A DNA stretch of 64,000 nucleotides from Alphaproteobacteria bacterium (GCA_038116915.1 JAYOEU010000002.1:67231-131230), one strand, 5' to 3'; shown: positions 37,079 through 46,813, numbered from the stretch's first letter. Notes: generated from the sequence alone by a model not told the origin. Translations and numbers: made by a program.

Positions 37079-38142
37079 AAGCCGACAATCCCCGTGCCTC
37101 GGCGCTGTTGGATGCGGCGTCGAAACGTATTCTTCTGCTCGACGGCGCCATGGGTACCGCGGTTCAGGACCGCGGCCTGGACGAGGCGGCGTTCCGGGGT
37201 GACCGCTTTGCGGATCACAAGGGTGACCTGCTCGGCAACAATGATCTTCTGGTCCTCACACGTCCGGATGTGATTCTCGATATCCACCGCGCCTATCTCA
37301 AAGCCGGCGCGGATATTCTGGAAACGAATACCTTTACCGCCACGACCATCAGCCAGGCGGATTACGGTCTCGAGGCCCATGCCTGGGAGATCAATCAGCG
37401 CGCGGCGTCGCTCGCCCGCCAGGCGGCGGATAAGGCTGCGAGCGAAACTCCCGATAAGCCGCGTTTCGTTGCCGGCGTGCTCGGACCGACCAACAAGACC
37501 GCGTCGATCTCGCCCGATGTGAACGATCCGGCCTTCCGCGAGGTTTCGTTCGATGACCTGCGCCACAGCTATGGCGAAGCCACCGACGGCCTCCTTGATG
37601 GCGGTGCCGATCTGCTGATGGTGGAAACCATTTTCGATACCCTCAACGCCAAGGCCGCACTGTTCGCCATCGACGAAGTGTTCGAGCGTCGGGGTGAGAG
37701 CGTGCCCGTGATGATTTCCGGCACCATTACCGATCGGTCTGGGCGCACCTTGTCGGGGCAGACCGCCGAAGCCTTTTGGAATTCGGTTCGCCACGCGCGG
37801 CCGATCGCCGTCGGGTTGAACTGCGCGCTGGGCGCCAGCGATCTCAGACAGTATGTGGCCGAACTTTCATCGGTGGCCGACTGCCTGCTGAGCGCACATC
37901 CCAACGCGGGCCTGCCGAACGCCTTCGGCGGCTACGATGAGACACCGGAGACCATGGCCACCCATATCGGAGAGTGGGCAAGAGCCGGGCTTTTGAACAT
38001 TGTCGGCGGGTGTTGCGGCACCACGCCGGACCATATCCGCGCCCTTGCCGAGGTGGTTGAGGGCGTTCCGCCTCGCCGCCTGCCGGATATCGAGCCCAGC
38101 CTGCGGCTGTCCGGCCTTGAGCCGTTTACGGTGCCCGCATGA
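37075..38142 (+). CDS. metH: methionine synthase, homocysteine-binding module (separate polypeptide)
   Basis: Trimmed to [28 protein letters not shown]. Contains ETNTF, GLNCALG and [11 protein letters not shown] (the Zn-binding Cys set). It ends ...[13 protein letters not shown] at the domain linker. Confidence 0.9.
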   Translation: MKADNPRASALLDAASKRILLLDGAMGTAVQDRGLDEAAFRGDRFADHKGDLLGNNDLLVLTRPDVILDIHRAYLKAGADILETNTFTATTISQADYGLEAHAWEINQRAASLARQAADKAASETPDKPRFVAGVLGPTNKTASISPDVNDPAFREVSFDDLRHSYGEATDGLLDGGADLLMVETIFDTLNAKAALFAIDEVFERRGESVPVMISGTITDRSGRTLSGQTAEAFWNSVRHARPIAVGLNCALGASDLRQYVAELSSVADCLLSAHPNAGLPNAFGGYDETPETMATHIGEWARAGLLNIVGGCCGTTPDHIRALAEVVEGVPPRRLPDIEPSLRLSGLEPFTVPA

Positions 38143-40841
38143 GCGTTCAGACCGCCCGCTTCGTCAATATCGGTGAGCGTACCAACGTCACAGGATCGTT
38201 GGTTTTCAAGAAGCTGATCCTGAACGGCGACTATGACGCGGCGCTCGCCGTAGCGCGCGATCAGGTCGAAAACGGGTGCCAGATCCTGGACGTCAACATG
38301 GACGAAGGGATGCTGGACGCGGTCGGGGCGATGACCCGTTTCCTCAATCTGATAAGCGCGGAGCCGGATATCTGCCGGATTCCGATCATGGTGGATTCCT
38401 CCGACTGGGCAGTGATCGAGGCCGGCTTGAAATGCCTTCAAGGCAAGGCAATCGCCAATTCGATCAGCCTGAAGGAGGGCGAGGCGGATTTTCTCGCTAA
38501 GGCCCGGCTGGCGCGCCGCTACGGGGCCGCGGTCGTCGTCATGGCCTTCGATGAGAACGGGCAGGCGGAAACCGTAGAGCGCAAGGTCGCGATCTGTACC
38601 CGGGCCTATCGGCTGCTGGTCGACACGGCGGGTTTCCCGCCCGAGGACATCATCTTCGATCCGAATATCTTCGCGATCGCCACCGGCATTCCGGAGCATG
38701 ACGACTATGGCCGCGCCTTTATCGAGGCAACGCGCCAGATCCGGGCAACCCTGCCGCATGTCCAGGTCTCCGGTGGCCTGTCGAACGTGTCCTTCTCGTT
38801 CCGGGGCAACGAGCCGGTGCGACAGGCGATCCACTCGGTCTTTCTTTATCACGCAATCGCGGCGGGAATGACCATGGGGATCGTGAATGCCGGGCGGCTT
38901 CCGGTGTTTGACGATATTCCCCTGGATCTGCGCGAACGGATCGAGGATGCGGTGCTGAACCGGCGCCCCGACGCCGGTGAACGCTTGCTTGAAATAGCCG
39001 AGCGCTATCGCGATCCCGCCGAGGTGGTGGAGAGCGATCCGGAATGGCGCAAGGGGAGTGTCCGGGACCGGTTGGTCCACGCCCTGGTGCATGGCATCAC
39101 CGATCACGTGATCGAGGATACCGAGGAGGCGCGCCTTGCCATGGAGCGCCCGCTCGATGTGATCGAGGGTCCGTTGATGGACGGCATGTCGGTCGTGGGC
39201 GACCTGTTCGGGTCCGGGCGCATGTTCCTGCCCCAGGTCGTCAAGAGCGCGCGGGTGATGAAGCGCGCGGTGGCGCATCTCGAGCCGTTCATGGACGCGG
39301 AGAGCGCCGGCGGCGTCCGCGAGGCCGCGGGCCGCATCGTGATGGCGACCGTCAAGGGCGATGTGCACGATATCGGCAAGAACATCGTCGGCGTGGTGTT
39401 GCGGTGCAACGACTATGAGGTCATCGATCTCGGCGTGATGGTGCCGAGTGCCGATATCCTGGACCGGGCAGAGGCTGAGGGCGCCGACATGATCGGGCTT
39501 TCCGGCTTGATCACGCCGAGCCTGACGGAGATGGCGCGGGTCGCCGCCGAGATGCGGCGCCGCGGCATGAAGCAGCCCCTGCTGATCGGCGGCGCCACGA
39601 CGAGCAAGCTGCACACGGCGGTGAAGATCGCGCCGGAATATGACGGCTCCGTCACCCACGTGCTGGATGCTTCTCGGGCGGTGGGTGTGGTGCGGTCGTT
39701 GCTGACGCCGCGCACGCGCGACGCCTTTGTGGCGGAAGTCGCGGCGGAGCAGGAGAAACTGCGCCAGGCGAACAGCAACAAGACCGGACAATCGAACCGC
39801 CTAAGTCTGAGCGAGGCGCGGGCCAACGGGCTCCGGATCGACTGGAGCGACGGTGTTCCTCCGGCGCCGGCTTTTATCGGGGTCAGGACGATACGGGATT
39901 GGGATATCAACGTGCTCCAGCAGCGCATCGACTGGCGCCCGTTCTTCCAGACATGGGAACTGGCGGGTCGCTGGCCGGAGATTCTGGATGACCCGGTCGT
40001 CGGGCAAGCCGCCCGGCAGCTTCACGACGACGCGTTGGGGATGCTTGAGCGTCTGAAGCAGGACCCACGCATTCGGCCCGCCGCCGTGTTCGGGTTTTGG
40101 CCGGCGGAATCGGACGGCGACGATATCCAACTTTTCACCGACGAGACGAGGACCACGCCGCTCGCGCGTATTCATACGCTCAGACAGCAGCGCAAGCATT
40201 CCCAGACCGACCGTCCCAACCTGGCGCTGGCGGACTTCATCGCCCCCGCAGGGGTGGGGCCGGATCATCTCGGGTGTTTTGCGGTAACCGCCGGCCCGGG
40301 AATTGAGGAGATCGCCGGCGAGCATGAGGCCGACCATGACGACTACGGCGCAATCCTGATCAAGGCCTTGGGTGATCGCCTGGCCGAGGCGTTGGCGGAA
40401 CATCTGCACGAGCTGGTTCGAAAGGACTATTGGGGTTACGCGCCGGATGAAGCGCTTTCCAACGAGGATCTCATCGCCGAGAAATATCAGGGCATCCGAC
40501 CGGCGCCAGGCTATCCCGCCTGTCCGGACCATACCGAGAAGACGACGATTTTCTCGCTTCTTAATGCCAAGACGGCGATCGGGATGGAACTGACCGAGAG
40601 CTTCGCCATGCGGCCCGCCTCTTCGGTAAGCGGGCTGTATTTCGGCCATCGCCAAGCGCGTTATTTCGGGTTGGGGACGATCGGTTCCGACCAGCTTTCG
40701 GACTATGCCGCCCGGAAAGGCTGGAGCCTCGGGGAGGCCAGAACCTGGCTCGCTCCCAACCTTGACGATGATCCGGCTTCGGTTTCGAGCCGGGATGACG
40801 AAACGGAGTCTGTGAATTCGCGCTCGGACCGCGCGGCGTGA
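38139..40841 (+). CDS. metH: methionine synthase, pterin-binding + cobalamin-binding + AdoMet-reactivation modules
   Basis: [20 protein letters not shown]... begins the pterin module. [16 protein letters not shown] is the B12 DxHxxG motif, followed by a C-terminal activation domain. 900 aa; ATGA overlap with the upstream ORF. Confidence 0.95.
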   Translation: MSVQTARFVNIGERTNVTGSLVFKKLILNGDYDAALAVARDQVENGCQILDVNMDEGMLDAVGAMTRFLNLISAEPDICRIPIMVDSSDWAVIEAGLKCLQGKAIANSISLKEGEADFLAKARLARRYGAAVVVMAFDENGQAETVERKVAICTRAYRLLVDTAGFPPEDIIFDPNIFAIATGIPEHDDYGRAFIEATRQIRATLPHVQVSGGLSNVSFSFRGNEPVRQAIHSVFLYHAIAAGMTMGIVNAGRLPVFDDIPLDLRERIEDAVLNRRPDAGERLLEIAERYRDPAEVVESDPEWRKGSVRDRLVHALVHGITDHVIEDTEEARLAMERPLDVIEGPLMDGMSVVGDLFGSGRMFLPQVVKSARVMKRAVAHLEPFMDAESAGGVREAAGRIVMATVKGDVHDIGKNIVGVVLRCNDYEVIDLGVMVPSADILDRAEAEGADMIGLSGLITPSLTEMARVAAEMRRRGMKQPLLIGGATTSKLHTAVKIAPEYDGSVTHVLDASRAVGVVRSLLTPRTRDAFVAEVAAEQEKLRQANSNKTGQSNRLSLSEARANGLRIDWSDGVPPAPAFIGVRTIRDWDINVLQQRIDWRPFFQTWELAGRWPEILDDPVVGQAARQLHDDALGMLERLKQDPRIRPAAVFGFWPAESDGDDIQLFTDETRTTPLARIHTLRQQRKHSQTDRPNLALADFIAPAGVGPDHLGCFAVTAGPGIEEIAGEHEADHDDYGAILIKALGDRLAEALAEHLHELVRKDYWGYAPDEALSNEDLIAEKYQGIRPAPGYPACPDHTEKTTIFSLLNAKTAIGMELTESFAMRPASSVSGLYFGHRQARYFGLGTIGSDQLSDYAARKGWSLGEARTWLAPNLDDDPASVSSRDDETESVNSRSDRAA

Positions 40842-40845
40842 CCGT

Positions 40846-42699
40846 CTAAATCAGGTCCGCCGTCGCGTTAGGAATTTCCTCGACCGAGCGCAGCCACAGC
40901 TCAAGCGTCACGATCTGCCAAAGCACCATCATGTGATTGTCCCGGCCGCGGGGATCGTCGACGATCTCCTGATGCTCGTCGATAAGCCGCAGCAATGCCG
41001 GCTGATGGTACAAACCCCGCTCCACGAAGGATCGCGATGTGACGAGATCCATCAACGCTTCCCGCCCTGGTCCGGCGAACCATTGATGTGCCGGTGCATT
41101 CCACCCGGTCTTGTTGACCCGGGTGCGTGTCGCCTCCGGGAGCAGTCCCTTATAGGCTTCTCGGGCGAAGGACTTTGTAACGCCGTTCCGGATTTTCCGG
41201 TCCCCCGGAATGGCCAGCGTGAATTCGAACAAGCGCCAGTCGAGGAACGGGTGAAACTCACGATGTCCGAGTTGGCCAGCGTTGCGGTCGGCGGCACGCA
41301 GACAGCAGGGCATGGTATTGAACAGAAGTTCATTGCGCATATGGCTGGCCATATAGCTCGGTGACGACGCCTCATAGCGTGGCAGCAACGTGCTCAGATC
41401 ACCGAGTTCGGGCAAAAAAAGATCCTTGTAGCGAAACAGAAGATCCGTGTTTCCCCTGCACAATCCGGGGCGGTCGGTGTCGGTCAGAACAAGGATTCCC
41501 CGCTCCGCCACATCCCCGGATTTTCGAAAAACCGGGTGATCATGGTTGCGAACCCAGGCCGCAATTTCCCGATCCAGAACATCGTCTCGGCCGGCGGCTT
41601 TCAGATCGGCGAAGAAATAGAAGAAATAGTCGTACTCGCCAGCGTGCTGTTCATCTCCGCCCAAACCGCCGAACACCGATCGATAGCCCATTTCGCCGAT
41701 CTTCTCACCCAGCAGGTAGTGGCTCATCCAGGTGACCGTCGGGATCGGGTGGTCATGAAACGCGCTCATTTTCGAGATCACGGAGAGCAGGTCGGGATCG
41801 TCGATCTCGACGGGATGCCAGTCGACCAGACCCGCGTTGACGATCTCCATGATCTCCTTGCGTTCGTCATAGGTTTCGTCCCGGTGGACGGAAGATATGG
41901 CGGGCGGCGGGGCCCCCTCGATCCGGTACGCAAGGGCCGCGACGGTCGAGCTGTCGAGCCCGCCGGACAGGGTGAATGCCGGATTGTCGGCATGCTTGAG
42001 ACGGCGGCGGACGGCGTCTTCAAGCAGTGCGAGATACTCCCGCGCCTGATCTTCCTCGGTCCCCCCGGGCGCCGGTCCAGCCGCGATGTCGCCGTAGCGT
42101 TCCGCGTGCGCCCTTCCGTTCCGGAGCGAGACGATGTGCCCCGCCGGCACTTGCGACATTCCCCGAAAGGGCGCGCGCGCCGGGTCCGAATCGATGAAAC
42201 GGTAGTGCGTCCCGGCGGCCGCCAGCAGGAATGCCGGGTCGGGTTCCCTTGAAACGCCGCGTATCTCCAGAAGCGACCGTGGCCGCGAGGCGAAGGCGAT
42301 GAATCCCTCGGTCTTTGCGTAATAGAGGGGGCGAATGCCGAACCTGTCGCGCGCGAGACTTATCGTTCCGGATTTCATATCGATAAGCGCGAACGCGAAA
42401 TCGCCATTGATTTTCGTGAGCGTCTCGACCAAACCCCGGCGCGCAATTGCCGTCAGGATACGGCCGGCGTCGTTTGTGTTGCCCAGGGGGCGTTCGATAT
42501 CGGGAAAGTCTTCCGGATTGTAGATCACGCCGTCGAATACAAGCCGCAAATGACCCAGTTCGGCGAGTTGTTCCGTATTCTCGGCTGCGAGGCCCCGCGC
42601 CGTCACACAATCGGACAGGCCCAAGGCGGTCAACATCCCGGCGGGATCCAGTGGCGCCGCGCCGCCGCTTTCCGTCAACACGCCCGCGATGCGTCCCAT
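40846..42699 (-). CDS. asparagine synthetase B-family adenylating amidotransferase homologue lacking the N-terminal Cys nucleophile
   Basis: Track ORF 40846..42921(-) trimmed to MGRIAGVL (AsnB proteins start MCGI...). The glutaminase motif is degenerate (LVFDGVIYN in place of NGEIYN), while the PP-loop SGGLDSS is intact. 617 aa. Confidence 0.75.
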   Translation of the reverse strand: MGRIAGVLTESGGAAPLDPAGMLTALGLSDCVTARGLAAENTEQLAELGHLRLVFDGVIYNPEDFPDIERPLGNTNDAGRILTAIARRGLVETLTKINGDFAFALIDMKSGTISLARDRFGIRPLYYAKTEGFIAFASRPRSLLEIRGVSREPDPAFLLAAAGTHYRFIDSDPARAPFRGMSQVPAGHIVSLRNGRAHAERYGDIAAGPAPGGTEEDQAREYLALLEDAVRRRLKHADNPAFTLSGGLDSSTVAALAYRIEGAPPPAISSVHRDETYDERKEIMEIVNAGLVDWHPVEIDDPDLLSVISKMSAFHDHPIPTVTWMSHYLLGEKIGEMGYRSVFGGLGGDEQHAGEYDYFFYFFADLKAAGRDDVLDREIAAWVRNHDHPVFRKSGDVAERGILVLTDTDRPGLCRGNTDLLFRYKDLFLPELGDLSTLLPRYEASSPSYMASHMRNELLFNTMPCCLRAADRNAGQLGHREFHPFLDWRLFEFTLAIPGDRKIRNGVTKSFAREAYKGLLPEATRTRVNKTGWNAPAHQWFAGPGREALMDLVTSRSFVERGLYHQPALLRLIDEHQEIVDDPRGRDNHMMVLWQIVTLELWLRSVEEIPNATADLI

Positions 42700-42958
42700 T
42701 TTCAACTCCCGATCAGGCCGGGCGAAGATAGCGGCCCAGACATGGCTGTAAACACTTGTCTTGGCCCAGTTGTTCGGTTGGGTTGAAACGTCGCGTAAAT
42801 ACGGGGTTTTCTTGACTTGAAGGGAGAAATCCGCGAAGAGCTTGCTATCCCCCGGTTCCCGGTTCGGCCAATTCTTGCTCCGGGATTCGTCCCGCGGATA
42901 CCGGACCGATCGGGGACCCAATCAGGTGACGCCGCGCCCGCGGCCGAGACAGGAAACA

Positions 42959-44032
42959 ATGACAGACATCCCGTTTAGCACGGTCATCGAAAAACTGAGC
43001 GGCGCGCGCGTGATGCTCGTGGGTGGCGCCGGATTTATCGGCCACAATCTGGCGATGCTGCTGCGCGCGAACAATGTCGAGACGATGGTTCTCGACAACA
43101 TGATGGTCAACAGTCTGGTCGACAACGCGTTTCATGACCGGGGTGACCTGATCAAGCGCAAGCTGAACATTCATTTTCTGATGAGCCGGTTTGACATGAT
43201 GCGCGAAGCAGGGGTGCAGCTGCGGAACTCCGACGCGCGAAACTTCGCCGACATGGCTCAGGCGTTCGATGCCTTCAAGCCGACCAAGGTCGTACATCTC
43301 GCGGCGATCGCGAGCGCGGTGGAGGCCCGTAAGAATCCTGGCCTGTGCTTCGATCTTCAGCTCACGACCCTGCGCAATGTCCTGGAGCTGTGCCGGCTCA
43401 GCCATGATCAGGTCGAGACGCTGATGCTGTTGAGTTCCAGCACCGTCTATGGCGACTTTGAGGGCGATTCGGTTGACGAGACCACCCGTCCCCGTCCCCG
43501 AGGCATCTATGCGAATACGAAATACATGGCCGAACGCCTGGTGCGGACCTATCACCACACCGACGGTCTCGGGACCTGTATCGTCCGGCCGAGCGCGCTT
43601 TACGGCGAGCGGTGTGTGAGCCGGCGGGTCAGCCAGGCTTTCATCGAAAATGCACTCGCCGGCCGCCCGCTGTTGCTGGAAGGCGGGGGTGATGGCCGTC
43701 TCGACTTCACCTATATCGAGGATCTGGCCGAGGGCATGGTTCGGGCATTGGGCCTTCATGGCGGCCGCGGCACTTCGGATACCTTCAATCTGACCTACGG
43801 CAATGCCAGGACGATTGCCGAGCTTGCGGCCATCGTGAAAGAGGTTGTGCCGACGGCCATCCTTGAGGATCGTCCCCGCGCGGCCGAGAAACCGGTGCGC
43901 GGCACCCTGCGCATGGATAAGGCGCGCGACCGGCTCGGCTTCAACCCGAGTTGGCCGCTGGAGCGGGGCTACAAGCAGTATTGCGAATGGTACGTGGAGG
44001 AATGGCGGAAGGTGGTGGGAGCCAACGCGTGA
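42959..44032 (+). CDS. NAD-dependent epimerase/dehydratase family protein
   Basis: Trimmed to MTDIPFSTVIEKLSGARVMLVGGAGFIGHNL (GxxGxxG), with a YANTK catalytic motif. 357 aa; AGGAAA SD. Confidence 0.8.
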   Translation: MTDIPFSTVIEKLSGARVMLVGGAGFIGHNLAMLLRANNVETMVLDNMMVNSLVDNAFHDRGDLIKRKLNIHFLMSRFDMMREAGVQLRNSDARNFADMAQAFDAFKPTKVVHLAAIASAVEARKNPGLCFDLQLTTLRNVLELCRLSHDQVETLMLLSSSTVYGDFEGDSVDETTRPRPRGIYANTKYMAERLVRTYHHTDGLGTCIVRPSALYGERCVSRRVSQAFIENALAGRPLLLEGGGDGRLDFTYIEDLAEGMVRALGLHGGRGTSDTFNLTYGNARTIAELAAIVKEVVPTAILEDRPRAAEKPVRGTLRMDKARDRLGFNPSWPLERGYKQYCEWYVEEWRKVVGANA

Positions 44033-44730
44033 ATGACGCGATCATCGTGTTTGCGCGTCTGGATTCCTCCCGCCTGCCCGGCAAGGCCCTCAGGCCGATC
44101 GCCGGAAAGCTGCTCCTCGACCGGGTGATAGAGAGGTGCCGGGCGACGCCGGGTGCGCCCCCGGTCATCGTCGCAACCTCGGACCGCGGCACGGACGATC
44201 CCATCGCGGATCACGTCGCCGGATGCGGGGAGCGGCTCTTCCGAGGTGCCGCTCAGGATGTCGCGGGCCGAGCACTGGCCTGCGCCAAAAACCACGATCT
44301 GGATCTTTTCGTTCGGATCAGCGGGGACAGCCCGTTCATCGAACCGGCTCTGATCGGCCAATGCCTCACCCGAGCCCGCAACGGCGGCGCGGAGCTGATC
44401 ACCAATGTTTTCCCGCGGACCTATCCGATCGGTGTCAGCGTGGAGGCGATCACGACCTCCGCCATGGCACGGATCGTCGAAGAGACCGACGATCCCGATG
44501 ACCGCGAACACGTGACCCGCTACGCCTACCGGCATGTGGAACGGTTTCGGGTGGAAAATCTCACCGCGTCCGACGACCGCTATGCCGGGGTCAGTCTGTC
44601 GGTTGATACGCCCGCGGACTATGACAAGGCCTGCTGGATTTTTGAAACTCATGGCGATGGCGTCGATCTTGATACCGCCGTGGCCGCCGCGCGGGAATGG
44701 GACAAGCGCCGAGGGGAGCTCCAGAAATGA
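44029..44730 (+). CDS. SpsF/acylneuraminate-type cytidylyltransferase family protein
   Basis: The GTG start overlaps the upstream stop (GTGA). VNDAIIVFARLDSSRLPGKALRPIAGKLLLDRVIER...VRISGDSPFIEP resembles CTP_transf_3/SpsF proteins. 233 aa. Confidence 0.65.
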   Translation: MNDAIIVFARLDSSRLPGKALRPIAGKLLLDRVIERCRATPGAPPVIVATSDRGTDDPIADHVAGCGERLFRGAAQDVAGRALACAKNHDLDLFVRISGDSPFIEPALIGQCLTRARNGGAELITNVFPRTYPIGVSVEAITTSAMARIVEETDDPDDREHVTRYAYRHVERFRVENLTASDDRYAGVSLSVDTPADYDKACWIFETHGDGVDLDTAVAAAREWDKRRGELQK

Positions 44731-45092
44731 AAGTTACTGAGATTACGCCACCTCGCGCTTTCAAGGTCGGGCATGCGGGACGGGAAATCGAACTTCACCA
44801 TGTTCTCGATCTGGAACTCGGACATGACGAACAGGTGACGCTAAAGACCGAAAGCGGCGCCGAATTCGATGTCTGCCGGAAGTCCTGGGGCTATTATGCC
44901 ACGCCGTCGCTGAATGGCCGTCTCGCCGCGTTCGGCTATCGGAGCTGTCTGGTCAACAGCGGGCCGAGACGCTACGTCCAACTGGTGGAAAAGCACTGCA
45001 TGGAGGAGTATCTGGCCTATGTGGCGGAACAGGACATGGAGATCGTTGCCTGGCTGGACGGCGACGAAATCGAGTGGGTAGACAAAGCCTGA
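44727..45092 (+). CDS. hypothetical protein (121 aa), translationally coupled within the sugar-modification operon
   Basis: Trimmed to MKVTEITPPRAFKVGHAGREIELHH... with an ATGA overlap to the cytidylyltransferase stop. No family recognised. Confidence 0.5.
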   Translation: MKVTEITPPRAFKVGHAGREIELHHVLDLELGHDEQVTLKTESGAEFDVCRKSWGYYATPSLNGRLAAFGYRSCLVNSGPRRYVQLVEKHCMEEYLAYVAEQDMEIVAWLDGDEIEWVDKA

Positions 45093-45115
45093 CAAGCACT
45101 TCGCGGGAGCGAGCG

Positions 45116-45886
45116 ATGGCACAACGAATGACGGCACGAGACCAGGCAATGCAGGCTCTCTGGGACGAGTCGTTCCGGGATCAGATCGCGAGCGGCGCTT
45201 ACAACACCGCGCCCGTCGAGGCCCTGGTCCGGTTTGTATCGCACTATCTGCGCGACCGTTACCCTGACTCCGCGAGCCATCGGAAGCTTCGGTTCCTTGA
45301 GGTCGGTAGCGGCGCCGGCCCGAATCTGATGTGGCTTGCCGAAAAGGGCATTGAAGCCAATGGCGTCGATATCTCGCCCAGCGCCGTCACGCTCTGCCGC
45401 CAGGTGTTCGAGGCGCGCGGGATGGCGGGGCGTCTGGGACGCCTCGAACATGCCTCGGCCACCGCGCTTCCCTTCGAGGACAATTCCCTGGACGGAGTGC
45501 TGGAATCGTGTGTTTTCCAGCACCTTAACAAGGCGGACCGTGAGAAGGCCCATGCCGAGGTCGTCCGGGTGTTGAAACCCGGCGGCGTGTTTGTCGGCCA
45601 CATGATCAGCAACGCTCACACCACGTATCTTGCCAAGAAGCACCAGGAGGATCCGGCGGACCCGGGGACTCTCGATCTTGAAACCGACGCCTCGCCGGGG
45701 CGTGTCCATCTCGAATCCATCGGACTCGCGCATTTCTTCGCCAAGGAGGAATACGCCGAATTGCTGAAAGGCTGCTCGGTGATCGATCCGTGCGAGACCA
45801 CCTATGAACTCCCCCGCGAGGAAGCCAAACGGCGCGGATACGATTTTTACCGTCAGGCGATGTGGATCGTCTACGCGGTGAAGTGA
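45116..45886 (+). CDS. class I SAM-dependent methyltransferase
   Basis: Trimmed to MAQRMTARDQ... Contains FLEVGSGAGPNLMWLAEKG (motif I) and VLKPGGVFVG. 256 aa. Confidence 0.8.
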   Translation: MAQRMTARDQAMQALWDESFRDQIASGAYNTAPVEALVRFVSHYLRDRYPDSASHRKLRFLEVGSGAGPNLMWLAEKGIEANGVDISPSAVTLCRQVFEARGMAGRLGRLEHASATALPFEDNSLDGVLESCVFQHLNKADREKAHAEVVRVLKPGGVFVGHMISNAHTTYLAKKHQEDPADPGTLDLETDASPGRVHLESIGLAHFFAKEEYAELLKGCSVIDPCETTYELPREEAKRRGYDFYRQAMWIVYAVK

Positions 45887-45895
45887 CCCGCCGCT

Positions 45896-46813
45896 CTAGG
45901 TTGGTTCGCCGGCCTGCTCACCCGCCGGTTTCTCTTCAGCGCCGATCGCGTCGGCCAACCGGGCTCGGGCGCTACCGGGTCGCAGGGGTTGTTGCTGCGA
46001 GGCGTCCGGCGCCCATCCGGTCATCGTCAGGATCTGAAAAGTTGCCGGAATGCGTCCGTCGGGGCCGGCGAATTTTTCCTGATAGATTTCCGCGGCCCGC
46101 ATGAACATGCCCCGGCGCGTAGCGGCCCGATGCCGCTCGATGACCGTGTTGCTCTCACCCATGCCTCTGAGATCGGCCATCAGGGCGAAGAGATTATCAT
46201 AGGTCACTGTCAGAATGTCGCTGTCGACCACCGGCAGGGCGAAACCCGCGCGTTGCAGCAGACCGCCGAGGTCGGGGATATCCGCGAAGGGAGAAACCCT
46301 CGGGCTGATGCCTCCGGTGACCTCGATTTCGGCTTCGCTCAGAACCTCACGCAGTTCGACCAACGTGTTTCCGCCAAGAACCGAGGCCAAAAACATCCCG
46401 TCTGGCCTCAATGCCCTGCGGATCTGCACCAGAGCGCCGGGCAGGTCGTTCACCCAATGCAGGGAAAGACAACTTAGCACCGCATCCAGGCTGGCCTCGG
46501 CGAACGGCAACGCCTCCTCGTCGCACGCAAGCGCCGGCCCCCCGGACCCGGCTTCGGCGGCCATTCCAGGCGACAGGTCGGCATGGACGATCCAGGGTTT
46601 CGCAAGGCCTCGCGGCCAGACGCTCGCCAAGGTCCCGCTGCGCGAGCCGAGATTAAGAACCGTTCCGAAGCTGCGATTGAGATCCAGGAGACGATCCGCC
46701 AAACGGTCCGCGGCCTCGGCGATCAGAAAATCGAATTCTCGAAAACACGGCGCCGCGCGATCCCTGCGGCGGCGCAGCAATTGGCGGTCGAAAATGACGG
46801 GGCTCTGGTTCAT
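45896..46813 (-). CDS. SAM-dependent methyltransferase, NDUFAF5/BioC-like subfamily
   Basis: Trimmed to MNQSPVIFDRQLLRRRRDRAA. LDAVLSCLSLHWVNDLPGALVQIRRALRPDGMFLASVLGGNTLVELR and MGESN resemble, from memory, the NDUFAF5-type methyltransferases common next to comF in alphaproteobacteria. Confidence 0.7.
   Translation of the reverse strand: MNQSPVIFDRQLLRRRRDRAAPCFREFDFLIAEAADRLADRLLDLNRSFGTVLNLGSRSGTLASVWPRGLAKPWIVHADLSPGMAAEAGSGGPALACDEEALPFAEASLDAVLSCLSLHWVNDLPGALVQIRRALRPDGMFLASVLGGNTLVELREVLSEAEIEVTGGISPRVSPFADIPDLGGLLQRAGFALPVVDSDILTVTYDNLFALMADLRGMGESNTVIERHRAATRRGMFMRAAEIYQEKFAGPDGRIPATFQILTMTGWAPDASQQQPLRPGSARARLADAIGAEEKPAGEQAGEPT

Noticed and set aside
37932-39791. A 619-aa minus-strand ORF antisense to metH. 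Similar long shadow ORFs occur at 31120..32943(+), 2883..4523(-), 19613..21139(-), 59125..60669(-), 13956..15236(-), 47274..48419(-), 23543..24679(-), 5970..7070(+), 34273..35277(-) and 11617..12582(-).
   Set aside because: All lie antisense to, or out of frame with, genes that have unmistakable family motifs. Their translations are Arg/Gly/Pro/Ala/Asp/His-rich low-complexity strings with no motifs. This is the expected stop-codon-poor shadow-frame artefact of high-GC DNA.
40846-42699. The Cys-less AsnB homologue as a lasso-peptide cyclase (McjC-like) or beta-lactam-synthetase-type enzyme of a RiPP/antibiotic cluster.
   Set aside because: No precursor-peptide ORF, transglutaminase-like/PqqD-like B protein, or ABC exporter is adjacent. 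The neighbours are sugar-nucleotide enzymes, so glycan amidation is the more economical reading. It is not excluded without profile searches.
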